A DNA stretch of 64,000 nt from positions 1,626,832 to 1,690,831 of the forward strand of contig OZ243917.1 in assembly GCA_965213815.1 (NCBI GenBank), written 5' to 3'. Each line of letters starts with the position of its first letter. The first letter of the stretch is position 1. This document shows, piece after piece, positions 19,234 through 29,406 of the stretch. The position numbers were made by a program, and so were the translations under genes. The notes under the pieces were generated by a model that was not told the origin of the DNA, made no database searches, and was given only the letters and a program-made list of their open reading frames with translations. Source of the stretch: Alphaproteobacteria bacterium. Lineage in GTDB: Bacteria; Pseudomonadota; Alphaproteobacteria; SP197.

Positions 19234-21602
19234 CAGACATCCTGACCTGATCTCCTGAGGGAGATTGCGTCGTCTTCCAGGAAATCCACTGTTTTCCTGT
19301 GGTTTCGCCCGTTCCGGGGCGGAATGTGCTTGACATGATGCGGTTTGTGTGGCCAATATATGGTGTTCCATCTGGAGGCTGCCATGGCCCCCTCCCTGTC
19401 GCTCCAGCCCGCCGATGCCACACCCATTGCCTCCTCCTTCTCATGGGCCGTCATCGACGGCACGGCCTGGTACTTCTCCAATCTCGATCCCTTCGACAGT
19501 CATGCCGCCGATGACACCCGCGCCAGGGTCCTGCGCATCGCCCGGTTCGCCACAGTCAGCGGTGTGCGCTGTGTCGACCTGGTCAGGGCCTTCGGTGTCT
19601 CGCGGCCCACCGTCTATCGTGCGGTGAAGCTCCTGGAGACCAGGGGCGAGACGGCCTTCGGTGCCCCGCGGCAGCCAAGACGGCGCACGGTGATCACCCC
19701 GGCGATGGCCCGGCGTGCCGGGGCCATGCTGGTTTCGGGCATGAGCGGCCGGGCTATCGCCGAAGCGCTCGGGGTGTCGCACAGCACCTTCAGCGAGAAC
19801 CTGCGCTCCGGTGTCATCGAGGCCCCGGTGGTCGAGGACGGGGCGGCAAGCGAGCGCTCGGCTCGCGCGAGGCAGGCGCGGGCTCCGGCGATGGGACGGG
19901 CCTGTCATGATGTCGACGGGCGCCTGCTGGCGGCGGTGGGGATGCTGGACGAAGCTCCTCCCCGGTTCGACACCCAGGCCCTTGCGGTGGAGCGCGGTGG
20001 TGTCCTGGCCGCCCTGCCGATGCTCCTGCGCGAGGGGCTTCTGGAGACGGCGCACCGCCTGTTCCGTCTGCCTCCGGGGTTCTACGGCGTCTCGACCATT
20101 CTTCTCATGGTGGCCTTCATGACCATGGCCCGGGTGCGGGCGCCGGAGAGGCTGCGCTATCAGGCCCCGGGAGAGTGGGGTCTTCTCCTGGGTCTTGACC
20201 GGTGTCCCGAGGTCAAGACCCTGAGGCAGAAGGTGGCGAGCCTTGCCGCATCCGGCGCCACGGTGGACGCATGGCAGCATGCCCTGGCGCGCTCATGGCT
20301 GGACGACGGTGACGAGGACTGGATGACGCTGGCCGTTGACGGTCATGTCAAGGTCTACAGCGGCAAGGGCAAGGTGCCGAAACACTTCGTGTCGCGCCAG
20401 AAGCTGTGTCTGCCGGCCATGGCAAGCTACTGGATCAACGCTCTTTCGGGTGCACCGCTTGTGTGTCTGCACAAGGATCTCGATCCCCGGATGGTGCATG
20501 CGCTGGAGCATGACGTGGCCCCCGAACTGGAGGCCCTGGGGATCGGTCCCGCAGGGGACCTTGAGTGTGGCGGGCAGCCGGCGTTCACCCTGGTCTTCGA
20601 CCGCGAGGGCTGGAGCCCGGATCTGTTCCGCCGTCTGGCGCGCCGCGGCATCGCGGTGATCACCTGGCACATGAACTTCCGTGGCGAGGACTGGCCGGTC
20701 GGGGACTTCCGGGAGTGCACGGTGCCGCTCCACGGACCGGCGGGAACCACGACGTCACGGATACGCCTGGCCGAGAAGGGGATCGTCCTGAAGAAGGGAC
20801 ACCGGGTCCGCCAGATCCGCCGCCTGCTGGACAATGGCCGCCAGGTGCCCCTGATCACCACCCACCCGGGAATGGCGATGGAAGAGGTCGCCGGAGCCAT
20901 GTTCTCTCGCTGGACCCAGGAGAACTTCTTCAAGTACATGCGCGATGCCTACAACCTGGATGGCCTGCCGGAGCATGGTCTCGAGGCGCTCGATGACGAC
21001 ACGCTCGTGGTCAACCCTGAGCACAGGAGCGTGCGCAAGGCCATCGCCAGGCATCAGGCGCGGCTCAACAGTGTGCATGCGCGGATCGCCAGGGCCAGGA
21101 AACAGGGCAAGGCTGTCGACGCTCTCGCCACCGAGGTCGCCGTCATCGAGGAGGCCCTCACGGAACTCAAGGAGCGCCGCGGGTCCCTGACCAGTCATGT
21201 CCGTGTCGGCGACCTTCCCGCAGACGAGAAACCCGACACCCTGCCACGGGCACGGCGACTCTTCATCGATCTCATCCGCATGATCTGCTATCGCGCCGAG
21301 ACCCGCATGATGATGCCCGTGATCGAGGACAAGGCCCGCCCCGACACCGTGCGCGCCTTGCTCGCCGCACTGATGACCGCCGATGCCAACATCCTGCCCG
21401 ACCATGACAAGGGCATCATCAGGGTCGAAATCCTCGGGCTGGCCAACAACGCAACCGAACAATCCCTGCTCCCCCTGATCGAACAGCTCAACCACACCAG
21501 AACCGTCTACCCCGGAACAAACCTCACAATGATCTACAGCATCGACAAGGCAACACCACGCAATCGTCTCATCTGATCTTGGCCGAGGTCCGGATGTCTG
21601 AA
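19232..21602 (+). mobile_element. Unclassified IS, about 2.37 kb, with imperfect terminal inverted repeats TTCAGACATCC(T/G)GACCT... and one long transposase gene.
   Basis: IRs at 19232-19252 and 21581-21602. A related right-end fragment lies at 47536-47752. Confidence 0.6.
19345..21576 (+). CDS. Long (about 740 aa) DDE-type transposase with an N-terminal HTH. Family not assigned.
   Basis: Transposase-like composition. Flanked by IRs. The C-terminus is conserved in a second fragment (47586..47837). Confidence 0.6.
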   Translation: MCGQYMVFHLEAAMAPSLSLQPADATPIASSFSWAVIDGTAWYFSNLDPFDSHAADDTRARVLRIARFATVSGVRCVDLVRAFGVSRPTVYRAVKLLETRGETAFGAPRQPRRRTVITPAMARRAGAMLVSGMSGRAIAEALGVSHSTFSENLRSGVIEAPVVEDGAASERSARARQARAPAMGRACHDVDGRLLAAVGMLDEAPPRFDTQALAVERGGVLAALPMLLREGLLETAHRLFRLPPGFYGVSTILLMVAFMTMARVRAPERLRYQAPGEWGLLLGLDRCPEVKTLRQKVASLAASGATVDAWQHALARSWLDDGDEDWMTLAVDGHVKVYSGKGKVPKHFVSRQKLCLPAMASYWINALSGAPLVCLHKDLDPRMVHALEHDVAPELEALGIGPAGDLECGGQPAFTLVFDREGWSPDLFRRLARRGIAVITWHMNFRGEDWPVGDFRECTVPLHGPAGTTTSRIRLAEKGIVLKKGHRVRQIRRLLDNGRQVPLITTHPGMAMEEVAGAMFSRWTQENFFKYMRDAYNLDGLPEHGLEALDDDTLVVNPEHRSVRKAIARHQARLNSVHARIARARKQGKAVDALATEVAVIEEALTELKERRGSLTSHVRVGDLPADEKPDTLPRARRLFIDLIRMICYRAETRMMMPVIEDKARPDTVRALLAALMTADANILPDHDKGIIRVEILGLANNATEQSLLPLIEQLNHTRTVYPGTNLTMIYSIDKATPRNRLI

Positions 21603-21899
21603 ATTGCGCTTCCTGACCGCTCAAGCTATCGGGCGATGAAAGCCGTTTTGCAACCGGCAGTTAGCCCGAGCGGCGCTTGAGCGGCAGCGCCCGCCGCGCA
21701 CTTGCGGAGACAGTTCCCGAACCGTCGCGCGGCTTCCGGGCGGCACTATAGGAAGCACTAGATGACAGTTCAATGCGGGAATCGAACACAAGAGAGAAAG
21801 GCAGCACAGGGTGCCCTTCTGCCGTTTCCAAAGGGAGCATACGAAAGTCAGGGTGATTAGCGCCCCGCCGGTCACTGCGGGCGGGGCGCTCACTCACGC

Positions 21900-23030
21900 C
21901 TAGTCTTGGGTTCCAAACCACGCACCGACGAAGACGCCCTCACTGCCGTCCGCTTCGGTCCATTCGGCTCCGGCGGTCCCTGCAACCAGGCGCGGCTCGC
22001 CAGTTTGAACTGGGACATTCGAGAATTGCCCGCCCCAGGAACCGTCCGTATGCGTAACGGTGCGGTCATCGCCGTCCAGCCTCACATTCCGGTTACGGAA
22101 GCTCCCATCCGGGTTGATATCCGTCTCTTCGAGACGCAGGCGCACCGGGACCGTTTCATCGCCGAATTCCGATGCGTTGCCGTTTGCGTCCGTCGCAACG
22201 CCCCAAATGGTGACGCCTTCCATGCAGCCGAGGCATCCCGATATGGTGTTCGACGTGAAGTTCGCAGTCAGTTGCGCATCCGTGTCGAATTCCCCGACTT
22301 CCGTGGACCGGCCCGCCTCATGGGCGTAAACGCCGCCCGCCCGGCCCGAATAGTGAGCCGTGACAAGGCGCGGGAGTGTGGGGGCCACACCGGAAAGCTC
22401 CGGCCCATCCACGAAGGCCCCGATGTCCGCCCCGGTGATTTCCAGCGTGTCGGTCCGGCCCTCAAGATGCATCCAGTAGCCGCCGGCCAGATAGTCGGTT
22501 GGGTCTGCGTTGTTCCAGTTCGTATAGACCGCCGCGACGGAAAGGGTTGTAGCGGTCGATGTCAGAAGCGAATCGCCCCGGTAAAAATAGTCGGGCAAAA
22601 CCGGAGGATGGGATTCGCGCCCTATCTGGTCGGTTGCGCCGTCGAAAGCGAGCTGGCTTCCGTCCGTCCGCTGGACCGTCACACGCACATTGCGGCCGTC
22701 GAATGAGGTGGAGGCGGCGTCGCCGCTTACGCCCGCGACCGAGCCAGCGTTCGACGATTGCGTGACGCTGCCGAAACTCGGAAGGTTGGTCGCCGCCTGC
22801 GCGCCGGCATTGCGCGCCGCGCTGCCATTCGCGGATCGGGCATCGGTAAGCGTGGGGCTATCATCGGTAAGCGTGGGGCTATCATCGGTAAGCGTGGGGC
22901 TATACGGCCCGTCGTTCGAGGCAGTTCCTCCGCCACCCCCACCACCGCAGGCGGCAAGAGTCAGCAGGGCGAGTGTTGCGGTAACAGCCAGCGTCGCGGC
23001 TCGTGCCGATCGTATATCCAAGGATGTCAT
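21900..23030 (-). CDS. Surface lipoprotein SLP1. Lipobox LLTLAAC followed by a poly-Gly linker, three in-frame SPTLTDD repeats, and a TbpB/fHbp-like C-terminal handle-barrel (...GVFVGAWFGTQD). Start is ATG 23030 with an AGGAG RBS.
   Basis: Signal peptide and lipobox. C-terminal similarity to the other surface lipoproteins in this window. Confidence 0.65.
   Translation of the reverse strand: MTSLDIRSARAATLAVTATLALLTLAACGGGGGGGTASNDGPYSPTLTDDSPTLTDDSPTLTDARSANGSAARNAGAQAATNLPSFGSVTQSSNAGSVAGVSGDAASTSFDGRNVRVTVQRTDGSQLAFDGATDQIGRESHPPVLPDYFYRGDSLLTSTATTLSVAAVYTNWNNADPTDYLAGGYWMHLEGRTDTLEITGADIGAFVDGPELSGVAPTLPRLVTAHYSGRAGGVYAHEAGRSTEVGEFDTDAQLTANFTSNTISGCLGCMEGVTIWGVATDANGNASEFGDETVPVRLRLEETDINPDGSFRNRNVRLDGDDRTVTHTDGSWGGQFSNVPVQTGEPRLVAGTAGAEWTEADGSEGVFVGAWFGTQD
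22842..22904 (-). repeat. 3 x 21-bp perfect or near-perfect tandem repeat (ATCGGTAAGCGTGGGGCTATC) inside SLP1. It encodes (SPTLTDD)x3. A C5/G5 run lies in the adjacent poly-Gly codons.
   Basis: Read directly from the sequence. Confidence 0.8.
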
Positions 23031-23337
23031 ACGTTGGTTTCTCCTGATTTGCATTTCGTACCGGCACGGGAATGGTGCCGGGCCATGCGACAACCACGCA
23101 GAAAATGCGAAGAAGTCCCGCCTATTCGCGCCAAGCGATGGTGGCCAAACCGTCGCCGGATCGGTGCTGTTGTATTCAGCAGGTGACCCGACCTCGGGTC
23201 TCTGCTGGTTGTCGCAGGGGCGAGTGTGAGGCTTCGCGAAGGTGTAGGCAAGCCTGCGGCTGGGAATATTCAGGAGCATCCCACGCTGTTTTCGTTTGAC
23301 GCAGTGAGTTTCCTGTGGAGGGTAGCGCGCCTTTTGC

Positions 23338-25236
23338 TTGGGCGCTTTTCCTTCGGTCTGTGCATGGTTGACTGGAAATCCCACGGTGATGGCGTTACAA
23401 GGGCGCCTGATGGATATCCGCCCGCACATGCTGCCCCCCGACCTGACGGAGGTGCCGGAAGGATTTTGCCTTTCGGAAGTCGAGGTGCGTCTGGCGACGT
23501 CGGACGAGCGCACGCTGTGGGATGCGCTGATGGTGGATCGGCACTATCTCGGGTTCAATCGCTTCACGGGCCGCGGTCTGCGCTACATTGCCGTGTGGCG
23601 GAGGCAGTGGCTGGCGCTGGGCGGCTGGCAGGTTGCCGCTCTCAAGTGCAGGCCGCGTGACCGCTGGATCGGCTGGAAGGCTGACGAGCAGTTCCGGCGC
23701 CTCCACATGGTTGCCAACAACACCCGGTGCCTGGTTCTGGCCGAGCCCGGTGTTATGGGGAACCTCGCTTCCTTCTTCATGTCCCGGATGACGCGGCGTC
23801 TTTGCGACGACTGGATGGACATCCATGGCCACGGCCTGTTGATCGCAGAATCGTTCGTCGACCCGTCGCGTTTCGTCGGCTCCATGTACAGGGCCTGCGG
23901 CTGGCAGGATCTGGGCAACACCAAGGGCTTTGCCCGGTGCAACGGCCACTACACGGACCCGCACGACAAGCCGAAGCGGATCCTGGTGCATGGCCTGCGC
24001 CGCGACGCCAGGCGTCTTCTGGCCCGGCCCGAGCCTTTGCCGGCGGACGTCATGCCGCCGCCGGATCCGGCCCTGGCCCCGCGCGACCTTGCGTCCATGC
24101 GCTCGCTCTACGAGGAACTGGCGTCGGTGGACGACTTCCGGCGCAAGCAGGGCATGAAGCACACGGTGGCCTGTGTGCTGACGCTGATCATCCTCGCCAC
24201 CTTCGCCAACATGAAGGGCTGCATGGCCGTGGCGCAGTTCGCACGGGCGCTGTCGCAAGAGGAACTCGAGGCCATCGGCGCCTGGAAGCGCCAGACCACC
24301 GGCCTTTGTGAGCCGGTCTCCAAGTCCACCGTCCACCGGGTCCTGCAATCCCTCGATCCCGAGGCTCTGGAGGACGTGCTGAAACGCTATGCCAGGCCCC
24401 GGTTTCCCCTGGCCCGGGCCCTGGCCGCCGACGGCAAGCGCATCCGCGGCGCCAACCGCAACGGCACCGGCCATCACGAGACTGTGTCCCTCGTCGATCA
24501 CATGACCGGAGCGCCGGTGGCCCTGCTCGGCTATGCCGAGCAGGGCGGCGAGATCGCGGCAACGCACGACCTTCTGGAACGCAGCGCCATCGCCGGCAAG
24601 GTGATCACCATCGATGCCCTGCACACAACCCGCGCCACCGCCCAGATGATCACCAGGCGCTTTTGTGCCGACTACATGATGACGGTCAAGGGCAACGCGC
24701 CGGAGACCTTCGCCCTGCTCGAAAGCATCGACTGGCAGCGCGACCGCACAGGGCACCACAAGGAGGACCTCGACAAGGCCCATGGCCGGCTTGAGCAGCG
24801 TCAGATCGATGTCATGACGCCTCTCAAGGGTCTGATCAACTATCCCGGCATCCGGCAGATCGCACGCGTCAGGCGGACCCGCGAACAACTCGGACCCAAG
24901 GCCGACGGAACGGTCAGCAACGAGTGCGCCTATGTCATCACCTCCCTTGGCGAAGAGGACGCCTCGCCGGCACAACTGCTGGCCCTCAATCGCGGGCACT
25001 GGTGTGTGGAAAATGCGAACCATCGAACCCGCGACACGCTTCTCGACGAAGACGCATGCCTGACCCGAACCAGGCACGGACCGCTGAACCGCGCCAGTCT
25101 CAACAACATCGCGCTTGCCGTCGTGTTCGCCATCCACCAGCCCGGTGAGGGGCCCGTCACCACCATGCGGCGCCTGCAACTCGATCGCGGAGCCGCCATC
25201 CGCGCCGTGTGCGAGCCTCCAGCCATCCCCGGCTGA
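23338..25236 (+). CDS. ISAs1-family (IS4-like, DDE_Tnp_1 plus DDE_Tnp_1_assoc) transposase with a long N-terminal extension (DUF4338-like).
   Basis: Motifs HTVACVLTLIILATFANMKGCMAVAQF and GHWCVENANHRTRDTLLDEDA. Confidence 0.65.
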   Translation: MGAFPSVCAWLTGNPTVMALQGRLMDIRPHMLPPDLTEVPEGFCLSEVEVRLATSDERTLWDALMVDRHYLGFNRFTGRGLRYIAVWRRQWLALGGWQVAALKCRPRDRWIGWKADEQFRRLHMVANNTRCLVLAEPGVMGNLASFFMSRMTRRLCDDWMDIHGHGLLIAESFVDPSRFVGSMYRACGWQDLGNTKGFARCNGHYTDPHDKPKRILVHGLRRDARRLLARPEPLPADVMPPPDPALAPRDLASMRSLYEELASVDDFRRKQGMKHTVACVLTLIILATFANMKGCMAVAQFARALSQEELEAIGAWKRQTTGLCEPVSKSTVHRVLQSLDPEALEDVLKRYARPRFPLARALAADGKRIRGANRNGTGHHETVSLVDHMTGAPVALLGYAEQGGEIAATHDLLERSAIAGKVITIDALHTTRATAQMITRRFCADYMMTVKGNAPETFALLESIDWQRDRTGHHKEDLDKAHGRLEQRQIDVMTPLKGLINYPGIRQIARVRRTREQLGPKADGTVSNECAYVITSLGEEDASPAQLLALNRGHWCVENANHRTRDTLLDEDACLTRTRHGPLNRASLNNIALAVVFAIHQPGEGPVTTMRRLQLDRGAAIRAVCEPPAIPG

Positions 25237-25472
25237 CCCTCCTTACCCACCAGTCACGACCGTCGCGGCGCCCATCGCTGTACGTGGGCGCCGGCGTGCG
25301 GCTGTCACGTCCGCAAAGGACGGGCCGAAGCCGCTCACGACGCCGCGAATCGGGTCAACCCCGGCAAGCAGACCGCACGTCAAATCGCCGAATCACACTC
25401 GGCGCAACCCAGTCCGGTCCTCATTCGCCCAGCGTGGGAAAGTCCTGTGGGAACATTGTATGGCCGCGGCAA

Positions 25473-25695
25473 TGATCGAGCCAACCTGTTCAGCCGCCTC
25501 GACGAGATGGGCGTCGGCTACGTGGGCGTAGCTCGCCGTGGTGCGGTGGCGGCGGTGCCAGAGCAGCTTGCCCACGAGGGGCAGGTTCTCGCCCGCCATG
25601 ACCGCCTGGCTGGCCGCCGTGTGGCGCAGATCGTGCAAGCGGAGCCTATCGAGAGACTCTTGCGCTGTAGCGATTTTCAGCGCCTCGGCCTGCCG
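25473..25695 (-). pseudogene. C-terminal catalytic fragment of a tyrosine integrase (LHDLRHT...LLGH...TTASYAHV). It belongs to the same family as the two intact integrases at 54.5-56.8 kb.
   Basis: R-H-R-Y region motifs. It continues the fragment at 27715-28094 across an IS insertion. Confidence 0.6.
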
Positions 25696-27714
25696 GGCTG
25701 ACTCCGCCCATCGGGTGCCAGCACCACCCGGCACCTCCCCTGACCCCGCTTCGGGCACCTGAATCGATGCTTCACGACTGATTTCGAGCGCTGTTGAGGG
25801 CCGGCGGTGACATCCGGACGAGCGGAAGCGTTCCGCTCAGACGGGTCTCGCGGAACGCCGGGCTTCAGCGGCAGCCTGGATCAGCTGGTATCGGGCAGGG
25901 TGCCGGTCCGCACCAGACTCCGCATCAGGTGGGGCTGGCGCTCCTCGACGCTGGCATGAGCCAGCGCCATCATCACCACGAGGGCGAGATTGACCCGGGC
26001 CTTCATCTTGCTCAAGCCCCGGATCGTGTGGTGCTCGAAGCCGAAGCTCTGATCAAGACGGCCATTGATTCTCTCGAGTGCGGACCGTCCCCGGTAGCAG
26101 CGGGCCCAGGTGAGTGAACTGCGGGGTGTCGGGGTGAAGATCCGGCGGTCGAGGTCGAGAGGCACCCGGACGATGCGGCCGTATCCTTGTGTGTGGCACT
26201 CACCGGCCGCCTCACAGACCTTCCGACCCTGGCAGTTGAAGCCATAAGCTGCCGCCGGACAGCGGTACTTGAGAGTTCCTCTCGTCGCCTCGAAGCCCTG
26301 GAAGGCCAGATCCCGTTCGGCGCCGGTCTCGGGACAGATGCAGCGGACCTCGCCACGTTCGGTATAGACCATGGTATCGGCCTTCCCGGCATCGAGCGGC
26401 CGACTGATCCGCTTCTTCGGGTCATGACCGGGCTCCGCCTTCTCGTGGCGCCACATCAGGCGGGTATCGATGATCGGGCGGACCTGCCAGGTCTCCCACA
26501 AGGTCCTCTTGAGAGAACCGCTGTCGTAGCCCCGGTCGGCACTCATGTCCCTGCAGCGTCGCGCCAGGTCCGGACTTTCCTCGAACAACGCCGGCAGCAT
26601 CCCTTCAAGGGTCTTGACCTCCGAGGCCGAGGCCTTCGTCAGCACCGCCGCGACGGGGATCTCATGGGTCGTGTCGGCGATCAGATGAAGAGTATAGCCG
26701 AACCAACTCTTGACCTTCGTCCAGACCTTGCCTCCGGCATTCACGCCCGAGGTCTCGTGCTTGCCCCAGTCCGCGTCCTGGTCCGACGTCGTGCCCGTCG
26801 TCGTGTTGACCACGCCCGTCGATTGGCTCGCGATGGCCTTGCCATCGCAGCCAAGGTGGACGCCGAAGTCGGGTATGAGATCCATCAGTCGGTGCCGCAG
26901 GTCGACGAGCATCTGTGACAGCAGTCCCTCCTCTTCCTCGACCCTGAGCAGGGACACGACAAAGCGTGACACATTGTAGCTCGAGGGGATCGACGAACGC
27001 TCCTTGCCAGCGATGACGTGGATCACTCCGGTCTGCGGATCCTGTCGAAGCCTGCGCTTGCCCCTCAAGGGCACCGGATGGAAGCCGCAGGCATCGAGCA
27101 AGGTCGGATTGCGGTTGAGTTCTCTCAACAGCGCCTCGATCGAGGGATGCTGGAAGACGATGCCGGCCACCAGGGCCCGCCACATGGCTTCGAGGGGATA
27201 GTCGTTGCGGCCCTTGCCGCGCCGTCTCTCGAGAGCCGCGATGAGGGCGTCGTCGGGCAGGGAATCGAGGACCCGTCGCAGGCGTTCGATGTCGGGAAGG
27301 CTCTCGACGTCGGACCAGGAGAAGAGTAAGGGTGTCTGTGTCGTCATGGCGCTGGTCGTACCTCCTTGCCGAGGTGGGGTTTGCACTCGAGACATAGCCC
27401 ATGACGACGCCTTTCGTCAATTTATTCCGTCAGTTAATACACCTCCGCACCATTCAGGAGGACGCCGTATGGTCACGTACGGCAGGCGCGGCGAGGAGAG
27501 GCTGTCGCCGGGCCGATGCCGGTTCAGCCCGCCTGCAGAGGCTGCCGGCGCGACGTGAGCAGGGCCCTGGGGTGGAATCCCGCCAGATGAGCCAGGGCCG
27601 GAACAGACAATCGTGTCTTCTCAGAAGGTTACAGGACGTCGATTGGGGGAAAACAAATTCCGACCCCCAACTTCCATCTATACTCTCAACGAGTTAGAAA
27701 CAACGCAGAGGTCT
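25654..27714 (-). mobile_element. IS5/IS1182-like insertion sequence, about 2.06 kb, flanked by an 8-bp direct repeat CTATCGAG (25646-25653 and 27715-27722). It splits the integrase gene between its LDR codons.
   Basis: The 8-bp target duplication and the reconstructed integrase reading frame across the insertion. Imperfect IRs AGAC..TGCG.TGT. Confidence 0.6.
25881..27347 (-). CDS. Transposase with an InsH-type N-terminal domain (DUF772) and a DDE domain. Likely IS5 or IS1182 family.
   Basis: N-terminal motif LPDIERLRRVLDSLPDDAL...GRNDYPLEAMWRALVAGIVFQHPSIEAL. Confidence 0.6.
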   Translation of the reverse strand: MTTQTPLLFSWSDVESLPDIERLRRVLDSLPDDALIAALERRRGKGRNDYPLEAMWRALVAGIVFQHPSIEALLRELNRNPTLLDACGFHPVPLRGKRRLRQDPQTGVIHVIAGKERSSIPSSYNVSRFVVSLLRVEEEEGLLSQMLVDLRHRLMDLIPDFGVHLGCDGKAIASQSTGVVNTTTGTTSDQDADWGKHETSGVNAGGKVWTKVKSWFGYTLHLIADTTHEIPVAAVLTKASASEVKTLEGMLPALFEESPDLARRCRDMSADRGYDSGSLKRTLWETWQVRPIIDTRLMWRHEKAEPGHDPKKRISRPLDAGKADTMVYTERGEVRCICPETGAERDLAFQGFEATRGTLKYRCPAAAYGFNCQGRKVCEAAGECHTQGYGRIVRVPLDLDRRIFTPTPRSSLTWARCYRGRSALERINGRLDQSFGFEHHTIRGLSKMKARVNLALVVMMALAHASVEERQPHLMRSLVRTGTLPDTS

Positions 27715-28094
27715 CTATCGAGCTTCGCATCTGCGCACGCTGTCCGCCAGCAGTTCGACAGTATCCAGATACCCCGGCCCTCGGCGTGGCGCGGAAACAG
27801 GAACGCGTCGGGATCGCGCGCGCCGGGCAGCGCCTCAATGAGCGCCCGCGCGGCCTCGCCGAGCGGCACCGCGCGCGGGCCGGTCTTCGAGTCTTCGAGT
27901 GTGATGGCGTCCCCGCCAATGTTGCGCCAGCGCAGATCGAGCACTTCGATGCGCCGGCAGCCGGTGAGTGCCAGCAGCCGGATCGCCGCGACGGTCTCGG
28001 GCCATTGGAAGCGCGCGCCCGAGCCGGGCCAGCTCGTCCATGTCGAGGAAGCGGGCGACCTGCTTCCTCGGGTTCTTCGCGATACCGAGACAGG
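27715..28094 (-). pseudogene. Middle portion of the same tyrosine integrase (GIAKNPRKQVARFLDMDELARLG ... LRWRNIGGDAITLEDSKTGPRAVPLGEAA...). It is interrupted upstream by ISAzo13 at 28095-28097.
   Basis: Hand translation of the minus strand. P4-type integrase core motifs. Confidence 0.6.
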
Positions 28095-28096
28095 GG

Positions 28097-29406
28097 TTAG
28101 GGCTCTCGCCTGAATAACTTGTCCTTTTTGGTGGGATCAGTTATCCCTGCTACCATGGATGGTATGGTTGACACGCTACGCTCCAAGTTTGTGGGGTTGC
28201 GCCCGGTTCTTGACGAACGCGCCCGGCGTTTGTGGGCGGCGACGGAAGCGCGCGCCATCGGGCGCGGCGGCATTGCGAGGGTGGCTGAGGCGACGGGCAT
28301 GTCGCGGGGCACTGTTCGGGCTGGTCTGAAGGAGCTTGCGTCCGGCGTGGTTGCCGAGGCTTCTGGCGAGGCGCCATCGGGGCGTGTGCGTCGACCGGGC
28401 GCCGGGCGCACGCGTGTGACGGAACTGGACCCGGACCTTGTGGTGGCGCTGGAGCGTCAGCTTGAGCCGGTGACGCGCGGTGATCCGGAGAGCCCATTGC
28501 GCTGGACATGCAACAGCGCCGCGCATCTGGCGGACCGGCTTAGGGCCGAGGGTCACCCGGTCAGCGAGCGCACGGTGAACCGGCAGTTGCATGCACTGGG
28601 ATACAGCCTTCAAGCCAACGCCAAGACACTGGAGGGGCGCCAGCATCCGGACCGGGATGCGCAGTTCCGCTGCATCGACCGCCGGGTGCGCGCCTTCCAG
28701 AGGATGGGCCAGCCCGTGGTGTCGGTTGATACCAAGAAGAAGGAAATCGTTGGCCAGTACCGCAATGGCGGCCGTGAATGGCGCCCCAAGGGTGAGCCTG
28801 AGGCCGTGAAGGTGCATGACTTCCCCGATCCGGACCTGGGCAAGGCCATTCCTTACGGGGTGTATGACCTCACCGCCAACGCCGGCTGGGTCAGCGTCGG
28901 CATCGACCACGACACGGCGACATTCGCCGTCGAGACCCTGCGCCGCTGGTGGCAGCACATGGGACACCCGCTCTACCCCGATGCCAGGCGCCTGCTCATC
29001 ACCGCCGACGGCGGCGGCTCCAACAGCAGCCGCAACCGGTTGTGGAAGCTCGAACTCCAGAAACTCGCCGATGAACTCGGACTGACCGTCTCGGTCGCCC
29101 ACTTCCCGCCCGGTACCAGCAAGTGGAACAAGATCGAACACCGCATGTTCTGCCACATCACACAGGACTGGCGCGGCAGGCCCCTCGTCAGCTACCAGGT
29201 GTCGTCAAGCTGATCGCAGCCACTACGACAGGCGCCGGCCTCATCGTACACTCAGACCTCGATGGCAACTCCTATCCGCTCGGGGTCAAGGTCACCGACA
29301 ATCAGATGGAAGACCTTGCCATACGAAGAAACCCCTTCCACGGCGAGTGGAACTACAGTCTGTCACCACGAACATAACGTACAATCTATTTTGGCGAGAG
29401 GCCTTA
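28097..29406 (+). mobile_element. ISAzo13-family insertion sequence, about 1.31 kb, with 14-bp imperfect IRs TTAGGGCTCTCGCC / GGCGAGAGGCCTTA.
   Basis: IRs read from the sequence. Internal ISAzo13-type transposase. Confidence 0.7.
28119..29377 (+). pseudogene. ISAzo13-family transposase. A frameshift near 29210 splits it into 28119..29213 and 29123..29377 (...VVKLIAATTTGAGLIVHSDLDGNSYPLGVKVTDNQMEDLAIRRNPFHGEWNYSL).
   Basis: Family motifs (LDERARRLWAA; C-terminal NPFHGEWNY). Two overlapping ORFs in the track. Confidence 0.6.

Noticed and set aside
23395-25179. 594-aa minus-strand ORF.
   Set aside because: Antisense to the ISAs1-family transposase; low-complexity.
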